Shown here piece after piece: positions 19,843-29,261 of a stretch of DNA of 64,000 bases. The notes beneath the pieces are model-generated. The model saw only the letters and a program-made list of their open reading frames with translations, was not told where the DNA came from and did not search any database. How positions within the stretch are numbered: position 1 is the first letter of the stretch; the number at the start of each line of letters is the position of its first letter. Position numbers and translations under genes: made by a program. The stretch comes from an uncultured Arcobacteraceae bacterium (GTDB lineage Bacteria > Campylobacterota > Campylobacteria > Campylobacterales > Arcobacteraceae): positions 2,052-66,051 of the forward strand of contig CBFDEF010000001.1 in NCBI GenBank assembly GCA_965603755.1. The letters are read 5' to 3'.

Positions 19843-21075
19843 TTACCTTATTTGCCCATTTCCATAAATTTTAAATTTGTATGTTGTTAATTCATTTATC
19901 CCCATTGGTCCTCTTGCATGTAACTTATTGGTACTTATTCCAACCTCTGCTCCAAATCCAAACTCTCCACCATCTGTAAATTGTGTACTTGCATTTACAT
20001 ATACACAAGCTGAATCTATACCATTTAAAAACTCTTCGGCATTAGTATAATTCTCAGTAATAATTGCATCAGAATGTCCTGATCCATATATCCCTATATG
20101 ACCAATTGCTTGGCTTACGTTATCTACAATTTTTATTGATAGAATATTATCTAAATATTCTGTAGCAAAGTCTTCAGTTGTAGCAAGATTAACATCAATT
20201 ATTCTTTGCGTTTTTTCACACCCTCTTAACTCAGTATCAAACTCTTTAAATTTTGCTTCAAATAATGGTAAAATTTCATTAGCAATATCTTTATGTATTA
20301 GTAAAGTTTCCATTGCTCCACAAATTCCAACTCTTCTACACTTTGCATTTAAAGAAACATCTAATGCTTTTTGAATATTTGCATCACTATCTATATATGT
20401 ATGACATAAACCTTTATCATGTTTTACAACAGGAACGCTAGCATTTGAACTAACAAATTTGATTAAAGCTTCTCCACCTCTTGGAATAATTAAATCTACG
20501 TACTTATCTTGTTTAATTAAATTGGCAACTCCCTCTCTTGAACTATCTGGTAAAAGAGATATTGCAGATGTTGGTAAGTCATTTTCTTTTAAAACTTTTT
20601 GTAAGATTTTAGCAATAGCAGCATTACTATATTGTGCCTCTTTTCCACCTTTTAATATACATATATTTCCACTTTTAAAACAAAGTGCAGCAGTATCACT
20701 AGTAACATTTGGACGACTTTCATAAATTATACCAATTACCCCAATAGGTACAGAAGTTTTTTGAATATTCAATCCATTATCAACAACCCAACCATCAAGT
20801 ATTCTCCCAACTGGATCTTTTAAGTTTGCAATCTCTTTTATTGCTGTAGCCATACCATTTATTCTATCTTCATTTAATAATAATCTATCCATAAGTGCAG
20901 AGCTTAAGTTATTTTGCTCTCCATCACTTATATCTTTTTTATTTTCCTCTTCAATATATCTTATATTTTCTATTAAAGCATCAGCCATCTTATTTAAGAC
21001 TTTATTTTTTATCTCACCACTTAAAGTAGCTATTATTTTACTTGCATTTGCTGCATCTTTTAAAAATTGTTCCAT
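19843..21075 (-). CDS. proA: Gamma-glutamyl phosphate reductase
   Basis: ProA pattern ('IYESRPNVT', 'ILKGGKEA', 'IPRGG', catalytic 'CGAMETLLIH', 'GHSDAI'). Confidence 0.95.
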   Translation of the reverse strand: MEQFLKDAANASKIIATLSGEIKNKVLNKMADALIENIRYIEEENKKDISDGEQNNLSSALMDRLLLNEDRINGMATAIKEIANLKDPVGRILDGWVVDNGLNIQKTSVPIGVIGIIYESRPNVTSDTAALCFKSGNICILKGGKEAQYSNAAIAKILQKVLKENDLPTSAISLLPDSSREGVANLIKQDKYVDLIIPRGGEALIKFVSSNASVPVVKHDKGLCHTYIDSDANIQKALDVSLNAKCRRVGICGAMETLLIHKDIANEILPLFEAKFKEFDTELRGCEKTQRIIDVNLATTEDFATEYLDNILSIKIVDNVSQAIGHIGIYGSGHSDAIITENYTNAEEFLNGIDSACVYVNASTQFTDGGEFGFGAEVGISTNKLHARGPMGINELTTYKFKIYGNGQIR

Positions 21076-21084
21076 CTTTTTCCC

Positions 21085-21843
21085 TTACTTTTGAGTAACT
21101 TGAAATGCAGCTTCAACTGCTTTAATACATCCGTTTCTTACACCATTTTCTTCTAAAGCGCTATATCCAGCGGCAGTAGTTCCACCTGGACTCATAACAC
21201 CATCTTTTAAAATTGCAGGATGAATAGTAGGTATGAGTTTCCCAAATCCGCCAAATAGACCATTTGTAACTTCAATTGCATCTGCTCTTTTCATCCCTTG
21301 TTTTACTGCACCATCACATAATGCCTCATGTATTAAAGCTAAGTAAGCAGGACCGCTACCTGCAACTGCAGTAGCAATATCAACCTCTTTTTCAGTACTT
21401 AACCAAACTGTTTTACCTATAGCTTTAAAAAGCTCTTGTGCTTCTATTTTTAGTTTCGTATCGCCTGTCATTGTTGTCATAGATTCACCAACGCTTGCAG
21501 CTAAATTTGGCATAACTCTAACAGTAGAATTTGATTTAATATTCTCTTTTAATATTGATACAGTTGTCCCTGCCAATACAGAATAAAGCTCTTTTGCAGT
21601 TCCTATTAATCTTGCACCAACCTCTTGAATGTTGTTTGGTTTAACACACAGAATAACTTTTTTATTACTCATATCAAATGATTCATAACTAAACTTTTGA
21701 ATTTTTACACCTAAGCTATTTTCAAATTTATCAAGTTTTGCACTATCTCTACCTACAACCTCAATGTTAAATGTCTCTTTTAAACCTTGAGCAATTGATA
21801 ATGCCATATTACCATTACCGATAAATGTTATTGTTTCTTTCAT
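21085..21843 (-). CDS. proC: Pyrroline-5-carboxylate reductase
   Basis: 'ITFIGNGNMA' Rossmann motif, 'VRVMPN', 'SGSGPAY', 'SPGGTT'. Confidence 0.9.
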   Translation of the reverse strand: MKETITFIGNGNMALSIAQGLKETFNIEVVGRDSAKLDKFENSLGVKIQKFSYESFDMSNKKVILCVKPNNIQEVGARLIGTAKELYSVLAGTTVSILKENIKSNSTVRVMPNLAASVGESMTTMTGDTKLKIEAQELFKAIGKTVWLSTEKEVDIATAVAGSGPAYLALIHEALCDGAVKQGMKRADAIEVTNGLFGGFGKLIPTIHPAILKDGVMSPGGTTAAGYSALEENGVRNGCIKAVEAAFQVTQK

Positions 21844-21865
21844 TATTATTCCTATTTTGTTAATT
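21838..21865. repeat. Direct repeat copy A (27/28 identical to 22613..22640), spanning the proC RBS and start codon
   Basis: tttcattattattcctattttgtTaatt. On the coding strand this is AATTAACAAAATAGGAATAATAATGAAA. Confidence 0.85.
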
Positions 21866-22070
21866 TATCAAGTCGTTCTTTTAGTTCACCTTTTTCAAAA
21901 GGGTCATCCATTGTTATTGTTCCATCAGGTAATTGAAAATATATTACACCATTTTTACTATATGAATTTGGGATACCATTTTCTAAACTTTTCTTTTGGG
22001 CTTCTCTAACAGCATTATTACCTATTGTTTGTATCATCTCATCACTTATGTTCATATTTTCTAATTGCAT
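21852..22070 (-). CDS. Small hypothetical protein (72 aa), candidate partner or antitoxin of the upstream zeta-like kinase
   Basis: Overlaps the stop of the P-loop kinase gene by 10 nt. No family recognised. Its stop codon lies inside direct-repeat copy A. Confidence 0.5.
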   Translation of the reverse strand: MQLENMNISDEMIQTIGNNAVREAQKKSLENGIPNSYSKNGVIYFQLPDGTITMDDPFEKGELKERLDKLTK

Positions 22071-22618
22071 TCTATATCCTTTATAAATTCATTATATTTC
22101 ACATCATCAAATATTTCTTTATTATTTGCTATTTTTTCAAATATCTCATCAGAGTTATAATACAAACTCCAATTATCAACCATATCTTTATAAATATTAT
22201 AAAATAAATTTTTACTTCTATAATATCTTCGTATTATATCATCTTTTGGAATATGATGTCCACCATTTAAAACTCTATTTTTAACTCTGCTTATATTTGA
22301 ATTTGGATTTTCTAAAAATAGATAGATAAGAGATACTTTATAATCTAAAGTTTTTGCTTTTGCTATATAGTTTATAAGATACTTACCAGATAAAGTTGTT
22401 TCAATCACAAATGAAATATTAAGTGATAATCTATTTTTAAATTCACTAAAAAATATCTTTCCTGCTTTTATCTTATATTTTGTTATATTATCTTTATCTA
22501 ACTCTTTTGCTATCTCATCTGCATTTATAAAATAAAGATCATTAATAGAAGAAAAAGATTTAGCAAAAGTAGTTTTACCACTTCCATTTGCTCCTGATAT
22601 TATGTATAGGGTTTTCAT
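22061..22618 (-). CDS. Zeta-toxin-like P-loop kinase (COG4185-type 'AAA/zeta toxin' family)
   Basis: N-terminal Walker A 'ISGANGSGKTT' with 'FINADEIA' right after it, 'ETTLSG' and 'VLNGGHHIP'. About 185 aa, the typical size and layout of zeta/PezT-like kinases. Confidence 0.7.
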   Translation of the reverse strand: MKTLYIISGANGSGKTTFAKSFSSINDLYFINADEIAKELDKDNITKYKIKAGKIFFSEFKNRLSLNISFVIETTLSGKYLINYIAKAKTLDYKVSLIYLFLENPNSNISRVKNRVLNGGHHIPKDDIIRRYYRSKNLFYNIYKDMVDNWSLYYNSDEIFEKIANNKEIFDDVKYNEFIKDIECN

Positions 22619-22640
22619 TATTATTCCTATTTTGTCAATT
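22613..22640. repeat. Direct repeat copy B, spanning the zeta-like gene RBS and start codon
   Basis: tttcattattattcctattttgtCaatt. Contains a 23-nt perfect match to copy A and lies 775 bp away. Confidence 0.85.
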
Positions 22641-22645
22641 AATAT

Positions 22646-22675
22646 AAAAAAAGGACAACCATAAAAGTTGTCCTT
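22646..22675 (-). terminator. Rho-independent terminator downstream of carA
   Basis: 9-bp stem aaggacaac/gttgtcctt (22651-22659 / 22667-22675), 7-nt loop, followed on the minus strand by a U-run. Confidence 0.7.
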
Positions 22676-22683
22676 GAGATTTT

Positions 22684-23811
22684 CTACTTTATAGAGTCAG
22701 CAAACTCTTTAAATATATATTTACTCTCATGTGGACCAGGAGATGCTTCTGGATGATGTTGTACTGAGAAGATTGGTTTATTTTTGTATTTTACACCCTC
22801 TATTGTATTATCAAATAGATTTATATGTGTAAGTTCTGCAATATCTTCAATAGAATCAGGAACATTATAGTTATGATTTTGTGCTGTTATTTCAACTGCA
22901 TTTTTTGTATTTTTAACAGGATGATTTCCACCATGTTGACCAAATTTTAGTTTATATGTATCATGACCATGTGCAATACTTAACATTTGATGACCTAAAC
23001 AAATAGCAAACATAGGTATATCTTGATTAATTAGCTTTTGAACTTCTGCTTTCTCTTTTGTTAAAGTTAAAGGATCACCTGGACCATTACTTAGAAAAAT
23101 TCCACCAATTTTACCATCTTTATATTGTGCTATTAATTCATCTGCATTAAAATCACTTGGAATTACTTCAACTTCAAGTCCAGACTCAACAAGCTCATTT
23201 AAGATGTTTCTTTTTACACCAAAGTCAATAACTACAACTTTTTTATCAGACATAAGAGCTTTGTTATACGCCATTGTTGACATATTCCAAGCACCATTTT
23301 TATGAATATAACTTTGTTTTGCAGAAACTTGTTCAATATAGTTTATATCTTCGATTCGAGGAGATGATTCAAGTTGTTTTTTTAACTCATCAATATCTGA
23401 AATTTCTGTAGATGCTATCATCATCATAGCACCATTATCTCTTAGCATTTTTGTTAAATATCTTGTATCAATATCACAAATACCTAATGTACCATTCTCT
23501 TTTAAAAGTGTTGCAAGAGATTTTTCACCTCTAAAGTTTGAGTACTCATCGTTATAAGCTCTTACAAATACACCTTTACAATGTGCTTTATTACTCTCTG
23601 CATCATTATCATTTACACCAACATTACCAATTTCTGGTGAAGTAAATGTAACAAATTGTCCAGCATAACTTGGATCTGTAATAATCTCTTGGTAACCTGA
23701 CATAGATGTATTAAATACAATCTCCCCAACTTGTGTACCAGATGACCCAAATGATTTAGCCGTTAGATATGTTCCGTTTTCTAAATATATATAAATATTT
23801 TCCATTGCCAT
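22684..23811 (-). CDS. carA: Carbamoyl-phosphate synthase small (glutaminase) subunit
   Basis: CarA pattern with 'LSNGPGDP', catalytic 'ICLGHQ' and 'QHHPE'. Confidence 0.95.
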   Translation of the reverse strand: MAMENIYIYLENGTYLTAKSFGSSGTQVGEIVFNTSMSGYQEIITDPSYAGQFVTFTSPEIGNVGVNDNDAESNKAHCKGVFVRAYNDEYSNFRGEKSLATLLKENGTLGICDIDTRYLTKMLRDNGAMMMIASTEISDIDELKKQLESSPRIEDINYIEQVSAKQSYIHKNGAWNMSTMAYNKALMSDKKVVVIDFGVKRNILNELVESGLEVEVIPSDFNADELIAQYKDGKIGGIFLSNGPGDPLTLTKEKAEVQKLINQDIPMFAICLGHQMLSIAHGHDTYKLKFGQHGGNHPVKNTKNAVEITAQNHNYNVPDSIEDIAELTHINLFDNTIEGVKYKNKPIFSVQHHPEASPGPHESKYIFKEFADSIK

Positions 23812-23816
23812 CCCTT

Positions 23817-24368
23817 TTATATTAAGCCTTTTTTTATTAATTCTTCTTCATACAATCTATTAAATACCGCATCGTAATCTTCAGTTCCAGGTATCAATTT
23901 TCTTTTATATGTTTTTATTTTTTCATATGCTAATGTATCTGCTTCATCATAACCTTTAATAAAGTCACTTATTGAAGTTGATATTAGATTTTTAACTTGA
24001 TTATCATTTACTATGAAATGAATATAATCCTCTTCATATAATAGATCCATAATATTATGTGCAATATTTGAAAATCTATCTTCAAAGTTCAGGTTTACCC
24101 CAAACTCATTTGCCATTCTTTTTTTAGTCATCCAAAATAGTTGTCTATAATCTGCTTTATAATACTCTATCTCTGACTCTTGATCTTCAAGAAGTTCATC
24201 AACTGCAATATCTAGTTCTATCTCTTTTTGAATATCTTCATTTAAAATTCTTTCACACTCTTGAGTTATTAAAGATTTCTCTTTTCTAACCTCTACAAAA
24301 TCTGCATTTATTAAATCTTTTGTAATTTTTCTTGCTATATAACTACTATGTTGTTTTTTTAATTTCAT
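23817..24368 (-). CDS. DUF507-family protein
   Basis: 183 aa, helical and acidic, starting 'KQHSSYIARKITKDL'. Position between purA and carA matches the Campylobacter DUF507 genes as I remember them. Confidence 0.55.
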   Translation of the reverse strand: MKLKKQHSSYIARKITKDLINADFVEVRKEKSLITQECERILNEDIQKEIELDIAVDELLEDQESEIEYYKADYRQLFWMTKKRMANEFGVNLNFEDRFSNIAHNIMDLLYEEDYIHFIVNDNQVKNLISTSISDFIKGYDEADTLAYEKIKTYKRKLIPGTEDYDAVFNRLYEEELIKKGLI

Positions 24369-24406
24369 AAAATATTATCCTTTTTATATCTTAATCCCTT
24401 CCGTGG

Positions 24407-24435
24407 TGTATAAATACACATCACTTCAGGCTCAA
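24407..24435 (-). promoter_or_regulatory. Possible sigma70-type promoter for the DUF507 gene
   Basis: On the minus strand: TTGAGC-N17-TATACA, about 30 nt upstream of the ATG. An imperfect inverted repeat GTGATGTGTAT/ATACACCAC overlaps the -10. Such matches are easy to find in AT-rich DNA. Confidence 0.25.
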
Positions 24436-24441
24436 ACCCTA

Positions 24442-24465
24442 AAAGAGTGAAACTAGTCACTCTTT
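24442..24465 (-). terminator. Hairpin terminator downstream of purA
   Basis: Stem aaagagtga/tcactcttt with a 6-nt loop directly after the purA stop. The U-tract partly lies within the stem. Confidence 0.5.
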
Positions 24466-24466
24466 C

Positions 24467-25717
24467 TTAACGGATTATCGTATCTTCTCTCTCCGGAGAA
24501 GTAGATATGATACCAACTTTTGTTTTTGTTAACTCTTCAATTCTTTCAATATACTGCTTTGCAGTTGTTGGTAGTTCATCATATACTCTACAACCTTCAA
24601 CTTTACCCCATCCTGCTATATCTTCATATATTGGTGTAATATTGTCCATATTTGATGGTACATAATTGATTGTTTCCCCATCCACTTCATAAGCAACACA
24701 GATTTTAATTGTTTCAAAACCATCTAAAACATCAAGTTTCATTAAAGATAATTGGTCACAACCATTTAATCTACTTGCATGTCTAACTGCAACAGCATCA
24801 AACCAACCACATCTTCTACCACGACCAGTAGTTGTTCCAACCTCTTTTCCTACATCTGCCATAGTTTCACCAGCATCTGTAAAATCTTCTGTTGGGAAAG
24901 GTCCATTACCAACTCTTGTAGTATATGCTTTAACTATACCAGTAACCACACCAATATCACTTGGAGCAATTCCAAGACCAGTACAAGCACCAGCACTAAC
25001 TGTTGCACTAGAAGTTACATAAGGGTAAGTACCATGGTCAATATCAAGCATTGTACCTTGAGCACCCTCTAACAGGATTTTTTTATCAGCATCAATAGCG
25101 TCCCAAACAAGATTAGTTGTATTTGTTATAAACTTACCTATTTTTTCATTATAGTCAGTTAGTTCTGCTAATAGTTCAGTTTCATTTGGAGTAACAACAT
25201 CAAGTGCATCAAAGATAACTCTATTTTGTTCAAAATAACTCATAATATTTTTACATAATTGTTCTGGATTTAATAATTCACCAGCTCTTTGACCAATTCT
25301 ATTTATTTTATCAGAATATGCAGGTCCAATCCCTTTTCCAGTAGTACCAATAGCATCATCACCTTTAAGTTTTTCTCTAGCTTGGTCTATTAAACTGTGG
25401 TATGGAAGATTTAAATGTGCTTTATCAGAGATAAAAATTCTACCCTCTAGGTTTTCAAATTGTTCCATCTCTTTAATAATTGAAGCAGGATTTAATACAA
25501 CACCGTTACCTATAACATTTACAGCTTTAGGGTTTAGAATACCAGAAGGTACAAGATGAAGTGCATATCTTACACCATCTACCCAGATAGTGTGACCTGC
25601 ATTGTGTCCCCCTTGGCTTCTACATACCATATCATACTCTTGGGCAAGTTTATCAACTATCTTACCTTTACCCTCGTCACCCCATTGTATTCCAACTATC
25701 ACATCACATTTGCTCAT
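24467..25717 (-). CDS. purA: Adenylosuccinate synthase
   Basis: '[14 protein letters not shown]', 'GHNAGHT', 'GTTGKGIGP', '[10 protein letters not shown]'. Confidence 0.95.
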   Translation of the reverse strand: MSKCDVIVGIQWGDEGKGKIVDKLAQEYDMVCRSQGGHNAGHTIWVDGVRYALHLVPSGILNPKAVNVIGNGVVLNPASIIKEMEQFENLEGRIFISDKAHLNLPYHSLIDQAREKLKGDDAIGTTGKGIGPAYSDKINRIGQRAGELLNPEQLCKNIMSYFEQNRVIFDALDVVTPNETELLAELTDYNEKIGKFITNTTNLVWDAIDADKKILLEGAQGTMLDIDHGTYPYVTSSATVSAGACTGLGIAPSDIGVVTGIVKAYTTRVGNGPFPTEDFTDAGETMADVGKEVGTTTGRGRRCGWFDAVAVRHASRLNGCDQLSLMKLDVLDGFETIKICVAYEVDGETINYVPSNMDNITPIYEDIAGWGKVEGCRVYDELPTTAKQYIERIEELTKTKVGIISTSPEREDTIIR

Positions 25718-25723
25718 ATTATG

Positions 25724-26569
25724 TTATCCTTCCATTACTTTTAATAAATTGTCTGTATATAAAGCAAACCCTAAAGAGTCAACCCCATTACTTTTGTATC
25801 CGCCACCTTTGGCTATTGTTGTTTTATCATTTAATACTCTATAAAATATATTATCATAGTATTTCATTGCACTATAATATATTGGAGATATTGTTACATT
25901 TTTATAATCTACACCATCTCCAATATTTATAAGTTTTTCACACTCTTCTTTTAAACAAGCTGGAATTATATCCATAATATCTTCTAACTGTTTTGTATTT
26001 GTAACTTTTATTAACGATGTTAACCAATCTAAATTTAAGTCAAAAAGAGAACCTATCTCACCATTTTTAAATAAGTTTATATCTATGTTATACTCTTTTG
26101 AGATTATCATAGGTATATTTATATTTGCTATTTGCACAAAAGCATCTACCTTTAACTCAGCTAATAGATTACAATTTAAGTTTATCATATCACTAATATT
26201 GTCATATCCAATCCACTCAGCACCTATTTGGTAAGTTTCATTTGCAGGATACGTAAACACCGGTTGAATATAAAACCATTTTTTATGCTCTGTAGAACGA
26301 CCTAATCTTTTAGTAATAATTCTTACAACATCAAGTGTACTATCTGCACGAAGTGCTAAGATATTGTTTGACTCATCACTTAAAGTTATAAGCTCTTTAT
26401 CATCATCTATACTTTGATGCTGAGAGTATGAAAAGTTTGGTGTCACTATCTCTTCAAAACCATTAGCTTGTAGATAAGAACTAGCTTTATATTCTAAATC
26501 TCTTTTAGCTTTAGCTGTAGTACCAAAATATAATCTACTTCCGTTTGGAATTTCATGTTCAAAAATCAC
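25724..26569 (-). CDS. hisZ: ATP phosphoribosyltransferase regulatory subunit (HisZ-like, class II aaRS-like fold)
   Basis: 281 aa. 'EIVTPNFSY' and 'ALRADST' resemble HisRS/HisZ motifs, and the position next to purA matches other Campylobacterota. Assigned from memory of the family. Confidence 0.55.
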   Translation of the reverse strand: MIFEHEIPNGSRLYFGTTAKAKRDLEYKASSYLQANGFEEIVTPNFSYSQHQSIDDDKELITLSDESNNILALRADSTLDVVRIITKRLGRSTEHKKWFYIQPVFTYPANETYQIGAEWIGYDNISDMINLNCNLLAELKVDAFVQIANINIPMIISKEYNIDINLFKNGEIGSLFDLNLDWLTSLIKVTNTKQLEDIMDIIPACLKEECEKLINIGDGVDYKNVTISPIYYSAMKYYDNIFYRVLNDKTTIAKGGGYKSNGVDSLGFALYTDNLLKVMEG

Positions 26570-26596
26570 TTTGTAACTCCTTGAGTTATAAATATA

Positions 26597-27700
26597 TTAA
26601 TTAGCAAAAGTAGTTTCCATAAAAACTTTGTTAGCAGTACCATCAAATGTTCTAATACCTAAGTCATCAAGAGCTTTTTCAACTGCATTTACAGCCCAAA
26701 CAGCTTCATAATCAGCAACAAGTCCCATATGATTGATTCTAAAGATTTTACCTTTTAGATGATCTTGTCCACCAGCAATATTTAAATCAAACTTCTCTTT
26801 AAGAACTTTACGAACTGCATTTGACTCTTCACAATAGATTGTAGTCATAGCATTTGCAGGAGTTGTAGGATAAACCTCAAGACCAATTGCATTTAGTGCA
26901 TCTCTTGTAGACTTTGCTCTTAATGCAGTTTTAGCATAAAGATTTTCAAACCCATCCTCTTTTAGTCTCTTTAAAATAGAACCTAATCCAATGATAAGTG
27001 TAGTTGCAGCCGTATAAGCAGTTGTATTAGTTTTTTGTTTTTTAATCTCTGAAGCTAAATTAAAATAATAACCAGCAGATTTTAACTCAATTTTAGCAAC
27101 TGCTTCATTACTAAAACCAATCATAGAAAGACCAGGAGGAAGCATAAGTGCTTTTTGACTGCCAGTAATTAGTGCATCAATGTTTGTAGTATCAATTTTT
27201 TCAACACCAACAGCAGTGATACCATCAGCTACTATAGTAATATCAGCATTAATATCTTTTACAGCTTTTGCAATAGCTTCAACAGGATGTCTTAATCCAC
27301 CTGCACTTTCACAAACTTGTATAAAAATAGCATCAATATCACTATCAGTCTTTATAGCTTCAACTATCTCTTCTACAGATGCAGCAGTATTCCACTCATG
27401 TTTAATCTCAACGCTAGGGATATTATGAGCAGCACAAATTTTTCCAAATCTGTCTCCAAATTTTCCACTATTTACAGTCAATGCTTTCTTATGTGTAAGA
27501 TTAGTGATACAAGCTTCCATAGCCCCAGTACCGCTTGATGCTAACATAACGCACTCAGGCATATCAAAAAGTTCTAATAATAATTCTCTAGTATTTTTAA
27601 ATATATTTTCAAATTCAGGTGTTCTATGGTGTAATGTTTCACCAGCCATATCAGTTCTAACAAACTCAGGAACGGCTGTAGGGCCAGGAGTCAAAAGCAT
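26597..27700 (-). CDS. Class V aminotransferase (serine-glyoxylate / alanine-glyoxylate family)
   Basis: 'LLTPGPT..P', 'HHRTPEF', 'SGTGAMEA', PLP-Lys context 'TGSQKALMLPPGLS'. Confidence 0.8.
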   Translation of the reverse strand: MLLTPGPTAVPEFVRTDMAGETLHHRTPEFENIFKNTRELLLELFDMPECVMLASSGTGAMEACITNLTHKKALTVNSGKFGDRFGKICAAHNIPSVEIKHEWNTAASVEEIVEAIKTDSDIDAIFIQVCESAGGLRHPVEAIAKAVKDINADITIVADGITAVGVEKIDTTNIDALITGSQKALMLPPGLSMIGFSNEAVAKIELKSAGYYFNLASEIKKQKTNTTAYTAATTLIIGLGSILKRLKEDGFENLYAKTALRAKSTRDALNAIGLEVYPTTPANAMTTIYCEESNAVRKVLKEKFDLNIAGGQDHLKGKIFRINHMGLVADYEAVWAVNAVEKALDDLGIRTFDGTANKVFMETTFAN

Positions 27701-27860
27701 AATAATCCTTTAAAAAAATTCAGTAATTGTCAATAAGTATATCTAAAATTGTATAAAAAAATACTTTAAAAAAATTTAGATTGGGTTTGAATTATATTAA
27801 AATATAATAGAGTTTAAAAGTTTAAAAAAAATTTAAATCCTATTTGCTATCATACTTACT

Positions 27861-29261
27861 ATGAATGACTTTAAAAATAAAAACATCTACTTTTCAGGTC
27901 GAGGTGAAAAGATAGATAAAGATGAACTTATAAAATATTTTTTACAACATGAAGCTATGATGGTTGAAGATGTTAATGATGCAAATATTATTATCGAAGG
28001 ATATATGAGTCCTGTTTACCTTGAAGATAAGTTTTATGAACTATCTTTTAATGGAGTTAAAGTTATAAAGATAGAGGATATTGAAAAAGAGTTTAGTAAA
28101 AAGCTTAATATTGATAATATTATTATGGCTATTAAAATATCAAAAGATAAAGATAGATTGATAAAACTTTTAAACAATAGATATTTTAGTGATGATATAT
28201 TTGTAACACTACTTAAGTATTATAATTGGGGAGATGAAGGTCTTTATGAAAGTAACGAAAATCGTGATATATCAACTGCAATTGTAAGTAGATTTTGTTC
28301 TTTTGTTGAATCCAATCACAATATTCAGCACTCATCTATTGGTATATATTATACAGCTTTGGAAACAACAAACAGTAAACTTTTAGAGATTATATTTAAT
28401 ATGCCAACGTTTAAAATAAGTGATAAAAATGCTTTACAAGACCAACCACTTACTTTAAGAGATGTCGTAGCTTTAAATCCTAACACTCCAAAAGTAGTAA
28501 TGATGCAGATACTAAAAGATAATAATTATGAAGAGCTAAAGTTTTTATCATCGAATCAGTCTATAAATAACCTCATCGTAAATAAACTTTTTAAATTAAA
28601 TGATACAAATATAACAATAAATTTAATCAAATCAAACAATTTAGAACTTTCTAAGATAAAAATAATGTTAGATGATACGATATTAAAAGTAGTTGTATTA
28701 AAAAATAGTCATTTAAGTGATGAACTTTTTGATATACTGATAAACTCAAATTTGACTGATGTAGAACTTATCTATCTATCTTCAAACAATTCATTAATCA
28801 GTACTCAAATAGATAAAATTTTCACATATGATATTGATAATGCAAATATTAACTTACTAAAAAATACTGAATGCTCAAAAAATAAAATAAAAGAGTTTTT
28901 ACAAAAAGATGATTTAGTTTACAATATAGCAATAGCACATAATATTAGCTTGGATAATGAAATATTTGAACAATTAAATTTAATGGATGATATAAATATA
29001 GAGTTAACTCTTTGCTATAATGTAACAACACCAAAAGATATTTTGAAATATTTATTTGAGAAACAAAAAGATGTGTTAAATGAGGCATTAAGTCAAAATG
29101 TAAATACACCTATAAATATATTGATGCAACTGCAAGTTGACAACCGATACACCACAAATGTAGCAAACAATGAAACTTATAGAGAGTTTTCGAGAAATAG
29201 CCTAGGGATTATACAAGATGATAGCAATAGATTTAAAAGAAACATTAGTAGCGTTAATTGA
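27861..29261 (+). CDS. BRCT-like N-terminal domain plus a leucine-rich-variant (LRV)-type repeat protein, function unknown
   Basis: 'IYFSGRGEKIDKDELIKYF..ANIIIEG' is BRCT-like. About 9 degenerate ~25-aa repeats follow, e.g. 'ALNPNTPKVVMMQIL', 'YNVTTPKDILKYL', 'SQNVNTPINILMQL'. Confidence 0.6.
   Translation: MNDFKNKNIYFSGRGEKIDKDELIKYFLQHEAMMVEDVNDANIIIEGYMSPVYLEDKFYELSFNGVKVIKIEDIEKEFSKKLNIDNIIMAIKISKDKDRLIKLLNNRYFSDDIFVTLLKYYNWGDEGLYESNENRDISTAIVSRFCSFVESNHNIQHSSIGIYYTALETTNSKLLEIIFNMPTFKISDKNALQDQPLTLRDVVALNPNTPKVVMMQILKDNNYEELKFLSSNQSINNLIVNKLFKLNDTNITINLIKSNNLELSKIKIMLDDTILKVVVLKNSHLSDELFDILINSNLTDVELIYLSSNNSLISTQIDKIFTYDIDNANINLLKNTECSKNKIKEFLQKDDLVYNIAIAHNISLDNEIFEQLNLMDDINIELTLCYNVTTPKDILKYLFEKQKDVLNEALSQNVNTPINILMQLQVDNRYTTNVANNETYREFSRNSLGIIQDDSNRFKRNISSVN

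Noticed and set aside
22636-22641. A perfect TTGACA upstream of the zeta-like gene, as a possible -35 box.
   Set aside because: It is only about 14 nt from the ATG and overlaps the SD region, leaving no room for a -10 box and a 5' UTR. It is part of the duplicated proC leader.
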